Shown: piece by piece, positions 28,425-36,981 of the stretch
How the letters are laid out: every line of letters begins with the position of its first letter
Position numbering within the stretch: the stretch's first letter is position 1
Assembly (NCBI GenBank): GCA_015063895.1
Contig: SVTG01000003.1
Coordinates: 33,253-97,252, forward strand
From: Oscillospiraceae bacterium
Lineage (GTDB): Bacteria > Bacillota > Clostridia > Oscillospirales > CAG-272
Length of the DNA: 64,000 bases
Direction: 5' to 3'
Made by a program: the position numbers and the translations under genes
The notes under the pieces: model-generated
Told to the model about the DNA's origin: nothing
What the model saw: the letters and a program-made list of their open reading frames with translations, nothing else
Database searches by the model: none

Positions 28425-29990
28425 ATGAAAAGAACATATCAGTACCGCGCGGGCAATAAAACAGTCACACGCGAGGTCAATTATATCCCCGTGCGCTATA
28501 TCATTGCTATGCTGCTGACGGTTTTTGAGGTGCTTGCCATCATCGGCGTGGTGGTGCTGCTGTGCTATTTCGTGCCCTATTTTTATCTGGCTGCGTGGGC
28601 GACCGAAATTGCCTGCGTGATCAAGATCATTTCCTCAGACGACAATCCCGACTACAAGGTGCCGTGGCTGCTGTTCGTGCTGATCCTGCCGATCGCGGGC
28701 TTTATGCTCTACTTTATTTTCGCCTCACGCAAGCTGAAGGGTAAATACGTCCGCCGCCTGCACGATCTGAAAAGCCTGTCGTACAAAAAGGACGACAGCG
28801 CCGCCTTTGCCTCACTTTATCAAAAGGACCGCGTGGCGCACAACACCGCGAAGCTGCTTTGCGGCATTGCCGACTGTAGCCTGTTTGAAAACACCAAGAC
28901 CACCTATTTTCCCCTTGGCGAGGAGATGATGGCAGCCTTACTGCGTGACCTTGCCGCAGCAAAAAGCTTTATTTATATGGAATACTTTATTATTGAGGAA
29001 GGTACATTCTTTGACAGTATTCTTAAGCTCCTGCGCCAAAAGGCGGCCGAGGGTATTTCGGTAAAGCTCCTATACGATGATATCGGCTGTATGTCGACTC
29101 TGCCGGGCAATTATGCCAAAATACTGCAAAAGGCAGGCATTGAGGCGGCCCCCTTTTCCCGTCTGCGCGGCAATGCCGACAGCGAATTTAACAACCGCTC
29201 TCACCGCAAGATCACCGTTATTGACGGCAGGATCGGCTATACGGGCGGCATCAATCTTGCCGATGAATATATCAACGAGCGTGTGCGCTTCGGGCACTGG
29301 AAGGATACGGCCATTCGCCTGGAGGGCGAGGCTGTATTTGAACTGACGCGCCTGTTTTTAACTGATTTTGGCATCAACACACGCAAAATGCCGCAGCCCG
29401 ACCACGTGCTCTACCCCACCGACGTCGAGGGGGCGCCCAACGGCTACGTCATTCCCTTTGGTGACGGGCCCGCACCGCTTTACCGCCGTCGCGTATCCAA
29501 AAGTCTGCTGCAGACGATGCTGGCAGGCGCCACACGCTATGCCTATATGACTACCCCCTACCTCATCATAGACAACGACCTTTGCACAAGCCTTGAAACT
29601 GCCGCCCTGCGCGGTATTGACGTACGCATTATCGTGCCACACGTGCCTGACAAGCGTATGGTGTTCAATATGACACAAAGCTTTTATCCGCGTCTGATGC
29701 ACGCAGGCGTCAGGATCTACGAATACACGCCCGGCTTTATTCACGCGAAAAGCTACCTGGTAGACGACAAATACGCCATGATCGGCACGGTAAATCTCGA
29801 TTACAGAAGCTTGGTGCATCATTTTGAAAACGGCGTATGGCTATACCAGACCAATGCCATTGCCGACCTGCGTGCGGATATGGAAAAAACCATGGCAGTA
29901 TCCTTACCGATCGAAGAGGATATGCTCAAAGCCGACCTGCCGAAGCGTATGCTGCGTGCGCTCGTGCGCATTTTTGCACCGCTTTTGTAA
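28425..29990 (+). CDS. cls: cardiolipin synthase
   Basis: Two N-terminal TM helices and two PLD HKD motifs (HRKITVIDG and HAKSYLVDD). Start is the ATG at 28425, after GGGGGAAAG. Confidence 0.9.
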   Translation: MKRTYQYRAGNKTVTREVNYIPVRYIIAMLLTVFEVLAIIGVVVLLCYFVPYFYLAAWATEIACVIKIISSDDNPDYKVPWLLFVLILPIAGFMLYFIFASRKLKGKYVRRLHDLKSLSYKKDDSAAFASLYQKDRVAHNTAKLLCGIADCSLFENTKTTYFPLGEEMMAALLRDLAAAKSFIYMEYFIIEEGTFFDSILKLLRQKAAEGISVKLLYDDIGCMSTLPGNYAKILQKAGIEAAPFSRLRGNADSEFNNRSHRKITVIDGRIGYTGGINLADEYINERVRFGHWKDTAIRLEGEAVFELTRLFLTDFGINTRKMPQPDHVLYPTDVEGAPNGYVIPFGDGPAPLYRRRVSKSLLQTMLAGATRYAYMTTPYLIIDNDLCTSLETAALRGIDVRIIVPHVPDKRMVFNMTQSFYPRLMHAGVRIYEYTPGFIHAKSYLVDDKYAMIGTVNLDYRSLVHHFENGVWLYQTNAIADLRADMEKTMAVSLPIEEDMLKADLPKRMLRALVRIFAPLL

Positions 29991-30085
29991 ATTTTTCCCA
30001 CACGCAAACAACACCTTAACATTTATATGCTACACTGAGACGGTGTGGTGCGACCACACAAATTCCTATAGGAGTGTGATACACG

Positions 30086-30298
30086 ATGTTTGAAATTCCG
30101 GTAGTGGAGGACGACCGCGATCTCTCGCGCACCGTATGCCGATTTTTAAACACAAACGGCTATCGCGCCACGGGATGTCTTACCGCCGAGGCCGCCTACG
30201 ACGCGGCTACCCCGTGTATGTATCCTTGATGCACCGCCGGCGTGAGCGCGTGGCACCCGAGATCCTGCGCTTGACCGAAGAGCTGATGAACAAATAAT
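30086..30298 (+). pseudogene. remnant of an OmpR-type response regulator (receiver N-terminus only)
   Basis: MFEIPVVEDDRDLSRTVCRFLNTNGYRATGCLTAEAAYDA is a receiver-domain start. It hits a stop after 47 codons (30227-30229), before the phospho-acceptor Asp. A short out-of-frame tail ends at 30298. Confidence 0.55.
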
Positions 30299-30300
30299 CA

Positions 30301-30334
30301 AAAAGGGCAGCTTGCGCGGCAAGCTGCCCTTTTT
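30301..30334 (+). terminator. rho-independent terminator
   Basis: GGGCAGCTTGC-GCG-GCAAGCTGCCC followed by TTTTT. Confidence 0.75.
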
Positions 30335-30367
30335 GTGATAAAACCCGGGGGTTGCGGTTTATATTTT

Positions 30368-30396
30368 TTGACAAATTGGAAAAAATATGGTATAAT
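30368..30396 (+). promoter_or_regulatory. consensus SigA promoter of trxA-trxB, TTGACA-17-TATAAT
   Basis: TTGACA at 30368-30373, a 17-nt spacer, then TATAAT at 30391-30396. Confidence 0.65.
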
Positions 30397-30436
30397 GTAA
30401 AAAAAGCGGCACTGCCGCGGGAAAGGAGATCATACG

Positions 30437-30745
30437 ATGTCTGTTTTAAAGATCACCGCAGAAAATTTTGAAGCCGAGGTGCTTTCCTCGGAAAAGCCCG
30501 TTTTGTTAGATTTTTACGCCGATTGGTGCGGCCCCTGCCGCATGCTCGCCCCCACGATCGAGGAGATCGCCGCCGAGCGCGATGACGTGAAGGTCTGCAA
30601 GATCAACGTGGACGAGCAGGGTGACCTCGCCGCACGCTTCGCCGTGATGAGTATTCCCTCCCTGTTTGTCCTCAAAAACGGTGAGATCGTGGCACAGTCT
30701 CTTGGTGCCAAGCCCAAAGCGCAGATCCTTGAGATGCTGAACTGA
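30437..30745 (+). CDS. trxA: thioredoxin
   Basis: WCGPC active site, 102 aa. Confidence 0.95.
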   Translation: MSVLKITAENFEAEVLSSEKPVLLDFYADWCGPCRMLAPTIEEIAAERDDVKVCKINVDEQGDLAARFAVMSIPSLFVLKNGEIVAQSLGAKPKAQILEMLN

Positions 30746-30747
30746 CC

Positions 30748-31683
30748 ATGGGCAACGCAACTGTTTTTGACGTATTGGTGATCGGCGGTGGGCCTGCCGG
30801 CTACACCGCCGCGCTTTACGCCGTACGTGCAGGACTTTCCTGCCTGATCATTGAAAAAATGGCCGCAGGCGGGCAAATGTGCGAAACCACAAAGATCGAC
30901 AATTACCCCGGCTTTGCCGAGGGGATCGACGGCTTTACGCTGGGTGACGCGATGGCAAAGGGCGCCACACGCTTCGGTGCCAAAACGGTCCTGGCCGAGG
31001 TGACCGCCCTGAGGCTGACCGAGGATCCCAAGGTAGCCGTGACTGCCGAGGGCCTCTTTTATGCCAAGACCGTGATCGTGGCAACGGGTGCCGCACACCG
31101 CCATCTCGGCCTTGAGGGCGAGGAAGCGATGATCGGGCGTGGGGTCGGCTACTGCGCGACCTGCGACGGCATGTTTTACCGCGGTAAGCGTGTGGCAGTG
31201 ATCGGCGGCGGCAACTCGGCCGTGGCCGACGCCCTGTATCTTGCGGGGATCTGCCAGCACGTCACACTGATCCACCGCCGCCACGAGCTGCGCGCCTCCC
31301 CCATCTATCTTGCCCCCCTTAAAGCAAAGGAAAACCTTACCCTCACACTCGGCAGCCGCGCCGTGGCGCTTTTGGGCGACACACGCATTACCGGCATAAC
31401 GGTAGAGGAAAACGAAACGGGCACTCGCCACGATCTGCCGGTTGACGGCGTATTTATCAGTATCGGGCGCGACCCCATCACCGCACTCGTTAAGGGGCAG
31501 CTGACACTGGATGACAGCGGCTATATCATAGCCGACGAGACCACCAAAACAAATCTTGCGGGGGTGTTTGCCGCAGGCGACGTGCGCACCAAGCCCCTGC
31601 GCCAGATCGTCACCGCCACCGCGGACGGCGCCACCGCCGCCTATTTTGCCGAGGAATATCTGCGGCAAAATCATGGGGTCTGA
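30748..31683 (+). CDS. trxB: thioredoxin-disulfide reductase
   Basis: GGGPAGYTAA FAD motif, CATCDG redox centre and GGGNSA NADPH motif. Confidence 0.95.
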   Translation: MGNATVFDVLVIGGGPAGYTAALYAVRAGLSCLIIEKMAAGGQMCETTKIDNYPGFAEGIDGFTLGDAMAKGATRFGAKTVLAEVTALRLTEDPKVAVTAEGLFYAKTVIVATGAAHRHLGLEGEEAMIGRGVGYCATCDGMFYRGKRVAVIGGGNSAVADALYLAGICQHVTLIHRRHELRASPIYLAPLKAKENLTLTLGSRAVALLGDTRITGITVEENETGTRHDLPVDGVFISIGRDPITALVKGQLTLDDSGYIIADETTKTNLAGVFAAGDVRTKPLRQIVTATADGATAAYFAEEYLRQNHGV

Positions 31684-31687
31684 CTAT

Positions 31688-31736
31688 AAAAAAGAACACC
31701 GCTTGCTTTGTGGTATCAAAGCAAGCGGTGGTTTTT
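31688..31736. terminator. bidirectional terminator between convergent trxB and the decarboxylase gene
   Basis: 13-bp stem ACCGCTTGCTTTG / CAAAGCAAGCGGT, flanked by an A-run and a T-run. Confidence 0.75.
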
Positions 31737-33075
31737 ATTTTTTAACAACGGCAATTTCCCGAACACCGTAATAAGTGAGCTGCGCCAGCACGTCACCGTC
31801 AATCACCTCTCCCGCGACCGCGATCGGCACAGCGGGCGGACAGGAAACGGTGGGGGCGGCACAAATACGCCCCTTGGCGTGAGCAAGCGTCACCCTTTCG
31901 GCAGGAGCGAGCATTGCTTCTCTGACAGACATAACAGCCTCAGGTGCGCACACGGGCAGGGGCGGACGCACGCGCGCCTCGCGCAGCGGTATACCGCACA
32001 AAACGGTGCAGAGCTGCACCAGCTCCTCCTCCCCGTTATCGGGCGTGCACATCAACACCAGAAAATCCCCGTCGGCAAACTCGGGCTCCATACCGTTTTC
32101 ACGCAGAATATCGGCAATTTCTTCCCCCGTATAGCCGCTTTTTGTCGCCTCAATGACGATCTTCAACGCCTCCCCGTCCTGCACCGTATAGCCGTGTGCA
32201 CGCAATACCTCACGCACACCTGCCACACGTGCAACAGTAGCACAAAGATTTTTCGTGTAGCTATCGGCCAAATAAGCGTTACAGCGATCAAGAGATTGCA
32301 GAATAAGATAAGACGGGCTGGTCGAAGCAAAGAGCGAGAGCGCGTCACGCGCACGTGCAAGATATGCCTCGGGGGCGTCCTTCGCAATATGCAGATAGGC
32401 GCCGCCCGTCAGCACGGGCAGCGTTTTATGCGCCGAATCGGCGCACATGGTAGCACCCAACGACAGCGGGTGCTGATCCTTTGTTAAAAAGCGCAGATAG
32501 GCGCCGTGTGCATTATCAACCAGCAACGCGACACCGCAGGCGCGGCAAACGGCGGAAATACCTGCCACGTCGGCGATATTGCCAAGATAATCGGGAGAGG
32601 TAAGATAGACCGCGTGCGGCTTTTCGGCGCACGAGGAAAGTGCCCTTTTCACGTCGTCAGCCGACACGGGGCACGCACAAATATGCGCAGGAACCGCAGG
32701 ATAGATCCACGAAACCGCTATATCAAGCAGCGCCGCGCCATACAAAAACGCCTTGTGCGCATTTCTTGCGGCAAGCACGCGCAGCTGTGTGCCGCGCGGC
32801 AGACTCATGGCTACCGTGGCCAGCATAGCCTTGATGGCAAGCGTTGCACCCTCGGTAGAATAAAAGGTATGCGCGCTGCCAAAGAGCGCGGTTGCATTTT
32901 GCTCGCTTTCGGCGATCACACCCGTGGCGTCATACAAAACGTCAGCACCTGCCACCTCGGTGATATCAAGCGCCTCACAGCCAAGATGCGCCTTGCCCTT
33001 GTGCCCCGGCATATGTAATCGCACCGCACCTTGTGCCGCGTATCGGCGCACAAAATCAACGATCGGTGTCGTCAT
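31735..33075 (-). CDS. PLP-dependent Orn/Lys/Arg decarboxylase family protein (YaaO/SpeA-like)
   Basis: N-terminal LHMPGHKG and an SAHKTLP PLP-lysine motif. The start at 33075 overlaps the maturase stop (ATGA). Confidence 0.8.
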   Translation of the reverse strand: MTTPIVDFVRRYAAQGAVRLHMPGHKGKAHLGCEALDITEVAGADVLYDATGVIAESEQNATALFGSAHTFYSTEGATLAIKAMLATVAMSLPRGTQLRVLAARNAHKAFLYGAALLDIAVSWIYPAVPAHICACPVSADDVKRALSSCAEKPHAVYLTSPDYLGNIADVAGISAVCRACGVALLVDNAHGAYLRFLTKDQHPLSLGATMCADSAHKTLPVLTGGAYLHIAKDAPEAYLARARDALSLFASTSPSYLILQSLDRCNAYLADSYTKNLCATVARVAGVREVLRAHGYTVQDGEALKIVIEATKSGYTGEEIADILRENGMEPEFADGDFLVLMCTPDNGEEELVQLCTVLCGIPLREARVRPPLPVCAPEAVMSVREAMLAPAERVTLAHAKGRICAAPTVSCPPAVPIAVAGEVIDGDVLAQLTYYGVREIAVVKK

Positions 33076-34451
33076 ACCTGCTCCGATTTGGCGACCTGCA
33101 TCATCACGGCACACTCAATGCGCTTTTTAAAGAGCTCACAGCCGTAAGCATAAACGCCGCCAATGCTGCCCGTTGCGTGATAAGCGTTTGCCGCACAGCC
33201 ACCCGAGCAATACATTCTTGCCCAGCACTCCTTGCATTCGGGGCGCGCATAGGCGTTGCAGTGACGGAACTCCTCCTGCACGGCGGTATTGGAAACACCG
33301 TGCCATACGTCGCCAAGGCGATAGCGCTCGTCACCCACAAACTGATGGCAGGGATAAAGCTCACCTGCGGGCGTGACAGCCATATACTCGGTGCCCGACC
33401 CACAGCCCGTAATGCGTTTATAAATGCAGGGGCCGTTTTTGAGATCAAGCATGTAGTGATAAAAGGTAAAGGGTCTGCCCTCCTTTTCGCGCTTCAGCAT
33501 CTCCTTTGCCAGGATCTCATACTGCTCAAAAAGCACGGGAAGGTCCTCCTTCGTGAGGGCATACGGATCATCGGGCGGACACACCACGGGCTCCATGCTA
33601 AGCTCAGTAAAGCCAAGGTCTGCCATGTGGAACAGGTCGTTGGTGAAATCTACGTTCCGGTGCGTAAACGTGCCGCGCACGTAATAATTTTTTCCGCCGC
33701 GCTTTTCAACCAGGCGCTGGAATTTGGGCACGATACTATCGTAGCTGCCGCGTCCTGCGGCATTCTTGCGGAAATGGTCGTTGATCTCCTTGCGTCCGTC
33801 AAGCGAGAGCACCACGTTGCTCATCTCACGATTGAGAAAATCCATCACCTCATCGTCAAGCAGTACGCCGTTGGTGGTGAAGGTAAAGCGGAAGTTTTTA
33901 CCCTTCTCCCCCTCTACCTTGCGGGCATAGGCCACCAGCTGCTTCACGACCTCAAAATTCATCATCGGCTCACCGCCGAAGAAATCAACCTCTAAGTTAC
34001 GGCGCGTGCCCGAATTGGCAATGAGAAAATCAAGCGCCTGCCGACCGACCTCAAAGCTCATCACCGCGTCCTTGCCCTGGTACTTGCCCTGCCCCGCAAA
34101 GCAATATTCGCAGCAAAGGTTGCAGGTGTGCGCCACGTGCAGGCAAAGGGCCTTGACAACGTTGCCTGTGGCCTTGTATTCGTATGCCAGCTTCTCGTAA
34201 GGGTCGGTTGAAAAAAGCTTGCCCGCCGCCTTCAGGGCCGCAATATCGTCAAGGCAAAGGAGCAGCTCCTCACGCGTCACGTCGGCACGGTCGCCATATT
34301 TTTGGAGCATAGCCGAAACGATCTCCTCGGCACTTGCCCCCTCGTACATGGCGATCATATCGTACGCGACCTCATCGACCGCGTGCACCGATCCGCTTGC
34401 CGTATCCAGCACGATATTATATCCGTTTAGTTTATACTGATGTACCATCAT
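33072..34451 (-). CDS. radical SAM/SPASM thioether-forming SCIFF peptide maturase
   Basis: CNLCCEYC radical-SAM motif, a Cys-rich SPASM C-terminus, and a position directly downstream of a SCIFF precursor. The true start may be the second ATG at 34448. Confidence 0.9.
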   Translation of the reverse strand: MMVHQYKLNGYNIVLDTASGSVHAVDEVAYDMIAMYEGASAEEIVSAMLQKYGDRADVTREELLLCLDDIAALKAAGKLFSTDPYEKLAYEYKATGNVVKALCLHVAHTCNLCCEYCFAGQGKYQGKDAVMSFEVGRQALDFLIANSGTRRNLEVDFFGGEPMMNFEVVKQLVAYARKVEGEKGKNFRFTFTTNGVLLDDEVMDFLNREMSNVVLSLDGRKEINDHFRKNAAGRGSYDSIVPKFQRLVEKRGGKNYYVRGTFTHRNVDFTNDLFHMADLGFTELSMEPVVCPPDDPYALTKEDLPVLFEQYEILAKEMLKREKEGRPFTFYHYMLDLKNGPCIYKRITGCGSGTEYMAVTPAGELYPCHQFVGDERYRLGDVWHGVSNTAVQEEFRHCNAYARPECKECWARMYCSGGCAANAYHATGSIGGVYAYGCELFKKRIECAVMMQVAKSEQV

Positions 34452-34469
34452 TTTCTCCTTAACAAATAT

Positions 34470-34496
34470 AAAACGCTGCCGCTAGGGCAGCGTTTT
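34470..34496 (-). terminator. intercistronic hairpin plus U-run (attenuator/partial terminator) between the SCIFF precursor and maturase
   Basis: AAAACGCTGCC-loop-GGCAGCGTTTT. On the minus strand it sits between the precursor stop (34510) and the maturase RBS. Confidence 0.6.
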
Positions 34497-34509
34497 ATGT
34501 GTGAAACAA

Positions 34510-34650
34510 TTACTTGTTCTCGCACTGCTGATTTGCAACGCCGCAAGAGGTTTTGCAAGCAGACTGGCAAGAGGTCTGGCACTCGCCGCAGCCGCCGGTC
34601 TTTACGGTTTTTGCAATATCCTTGGTCTCAATCGTCGTAATTCTTTTCAT
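34510..34650 (-). CDS. six-cysteine ranthipeptide precursor SCIFF
   Basis: MKRITTIETKDIAKTVKTGGCGECQTSCQSACKTSCGVANQQCENK carries the family signature GGCGECQTSCQSACKTSC. Start is the ATG at 34650, after AAAGGAG. Confidence 0.9.
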   Translation of the reverse strand: MKRITTIETKDIAKTVKTGGCGECQTSCQSACKTSCGVANQQCENK

Positions 34651-34682
34651 GAGAGTACGCTCCTTTGTTATTGGTTGATAAA

Positions 34683-34711
34683 ATTTTATCACAAAAGCCC
34701 TTCGTTGTCAA
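34683..34711 (-). promoter_or_regulatory. SigA-type promoter for the SCIFF precursor, TTGACA-17-TAAAAT
   Basis: On the minus strand, TTGACA at 34711-34706, a 17-nt spacer, then TAAAAT at 34688-34683. The -35 sits in the loop of the hairpin AAAAGCCC/GGGCTTTT (34693-34720). Confidence 0.5.
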
Positions 34712-34736
34712 TGGGCTTTTTGCTTTTTTTAAACGA

Positions 34737-35081
34737 TTATTCCGCTCTGTAATAAACGTAATGTGCAATGACGGTGCGAACCCTGCCGCCGTGCTCAAGA
34801 TCGGGGGCGGTGATGACTACACCGTCACGCGACATAAGAAACGCCGCTTGCATCTCTTCGATCTTACAGCGCATCACCACGTTGAACGAGGCGTAAACCA
34901 GCAGCTCATCGTCCTTGATATTTAGCGACCCCGACTTGCCGATGACCTCATCGACGTTATTGATACGCTCGCTGACGTATTTTACGTGGTGACCGCAGAT
35001 GCGGCGCGCCATATCCCATTTATAACGGCGGCTGTTTGGATTTTTGCTTTTGGTAAAATGCTCAATGACGCGACGAAGCAT
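34737..35081 (-). CDS. hypothetical protein, 114 aa
   Basis: ATG at 35081 with a GGAGGG RBS 6 nt upstream. The composition is protein-like (K/E/I/V/D-rich, unlike the antisense artefacts). It overlaps the GH13 3' end by 20 nt. I recognise no family. Confidence 0.6.
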   Translation of the reverse strand: MLRRVIEHFTKSKNPNSRRYKWDMARRICGHHVKYVSERINNVDEVIGKSGSLNIKDDELLVYASFNVVMRCKIEEMQAAFLMSRDGVVITAPDLEHGGRVRTVIAHYVYYRAE

Positions 35082-36981
35082 GAGGAACCCTCCAGATATA
35101 AAAGTCACCGCAGGAAAGCACCGCGCGCTTCGCGCGCACACACTTCCCCGAAAGCAGATCAACGGCACCGACAGGAAGTGATACGGCAAAGGGCTCCTGC
35201 CCGCAGTTTGCCGCCACCATCAAGCGTCCTTTTTCATTTTCACGCACGTAAGAGAGTGCGTGCGGTGCTTCGCTGACGATCTTAAAATCCCCCTCGGCAA
35301 GCACGGGATTTTCACGTCTGATGCGCCCGAGGCGCCGATAATATGCCAGCAGCTCCTTATCCTCCCTGCCCCACGGGTACGGACGGCGGCAAAACGGATC
35401 GTGATAGCCCTCCATGCCTGCCTCGTCACCGTAAAACAGCGACGGCACACCAAACACGGTATATTGCAGAGCGGCCGCCATCTTCAGGCGCCGCTTGGCA
35501 AGCGCACGCTCAGCCTTGGTCATACGCATCACGCGCAGCTCGGCATTGGTAAAGCGCCCGTCATCGGCCTCACCCCCGAGCACAGTCAAAATGCGTTCGG
35601 TATCGTGGGTTGAAAGAATATTCATCAGGCTATGGCAAACACACGTGGGATACGAGCCCCACAGCTCACGCAAAACCGAGGCAAGCGCTGTGGCATTGCC
35701 GTCCTTTACAAAGGAAATCAGCCCCCGCCTTAGGGGATAATTCATCACGCTGTCAAGCTGCGCCCCCTCAAAATAGCGGCGGCGCTTGCCATAGGCGATC
35801 TTATCGGCGGCGTTTTCCCACACCTCACCGAGCACCACGCCCTCACCCTTTGTGGCGTGCTTCACGCGCATACGCAGCTCGTCAAGAAAGGCGTTGGGCA
35901 GCTCGTCGGCCACGTCAAGACGCCAGCCACGTATGCCCATTTTCGTATAAGTATCGATAATACCGCCCTCGCCCACAAAATAACCGTGGCAGGCAGGATT
36001 TGACAAATTGAGCTTGGGAAGGATCGGGATATCCCACCAGCACTCGTACTTGTCGGGATATTCCTTGAAATAAAACCAGTCGTAATAAGGCGAGGATCTT
36101 CCGGAAAACGCACCGTTGCCGCCGTAAGCCCCCTTGCGGTCAAAATAGCGGCTGTTGTCGCCCGTATGGTTAAAAACGCCATCGAGGATCACGCCCATAC
36201 CGTGCGCCCTTGCCGCCGCAATCAGCGCCTCCAGCGCCTCGCGCCCACCGAACTGCGGATCAACCGTTTCATAATCACCCGTATCGTATTTGTGATTAGA
36301 TACCGAGCGGAAGATCGGCGAGAGATACAAAACGCCAACGCCAAGACCTGCAAGATAATCCAGCTTGTCGATCACACCCCACAGCGTGCCGCCAAAAAAC
36401 TCATTATTGGCAACCGGTGCCCCCGGGTATGCGCCAAACTGCTCGATCTCCTCCTGCCAGTCACCGTGATAAACGGCACCCGCGACACGCGTGCCGCCAC
36501 GGGGCGCAAAGCGGTCAACGAAGATATGATACATGGTTTTGCCGTGAAACCAGCAGGGCGTGGTAAATTCGTTTTGCGACACCACCAAGCGAAAGCGCCC
36601 CCGACTGTGCGCGGCAAGCGTAAAGGTGACGTTATCCTCAGCCGTATCGGTAAAAAGCGTATCGGCGCCGCGCAAAAACAGCAGCTCGTAATAAAAAAGA
36701 CCGTGGTCGTTCGGTGCGCAAAGCTCACCCAGCGACAAGGACAGGCGATAGGTATCGCTGCCCCCTGCCGTTGTCAGGAAGGAAAACGGCATATCGGTCG
36801 GTGCCTGTCCGTCACGTGCGATGCGCAGCACGACACACGCAGCCCCCAGTGCGCGCGGCACCTCTGCCGTGAGCACCAGAGTGTCACGGCAGAAAAACGC
36901 ACCGCGGTCTGACACGTCCTTGCCGCCAACGCTCTTAAAAAGGCGCGGCAGGGGCGTATCGCATGCTTGCTTCATTAACAT
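35062..36981 (-). CDS. GH13 alpha-amylase-family enzyme (neopullulanase/cyclomaltodextrinase-like)
   Basis: GH13 regions DGVFNHTG, GWRLDVADE, GEVWE and LSTHDTER, with an N-terminal beta-domain. The start overlaps the glgP stop by 1 nt. Confidence 0.85.
   Translation of the reverse strand: MLMKQACDTPLPRLFKSVGGKDVSDRGAFFCRDTLVLTAEVPRALGAACVVLRIARDGQAPTDMPFSFLTTAGGSDTYRLSLSLGELCAPNDHGLFYYELLFLRGADTLFTDTAEDNVTFTLAAHSRGRFRLVVSQNEFTTPCWFHGKTMYHIFVDRFAPRGGTRVAGAVYHGDWQEEIEQFGAYPGAPVANNEFFGGTLWGVIDKLDYLAGLGVGVLYLSPIFRSVSNHKYDTGDYETVDPQFGGREALEALIAAARAHGMGVILDGVFNHTGDNSRYFDRKGAYGGNGAFSGRSSPYYDWFYFKEYPDKYECWWDIPILPKLNLSNPACHGYFVGEGGIIDTYTKMGIRGWRLDVADELPNAFLDELRMRVKHATKGEGVVLGEVWENAADKIAYGKRRRYFEGAQLDSVMNYPLRRGLISFVKDGNATALASVLRELWGSYPTCVCHSLMNILSTHDTERILTVLGGEADDGRFTNAELRVMRMTKAERALAKRRLKMAAALQYTVFGVPSLFYGDEAGMEGYHDPFCRRPYPWGREDKELLAYYRRLGRIRRENPVLAEGDFKIVSEAPHALSYVRENEKGRLMVAANCGQEPFAVSLPVGAVDLLSGKCVRAKRAVLSCGDFYIWRVPHASSRH

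Noticed and set aside
34510-34692. SCIFF system as a 'previously undescribed' RiPP
   Set aside because: The core peptide matches the well-known SCIFF signature, and the maturase is the standard radical-SAM/SPASM partner. The family is known, although its function remains unclear.
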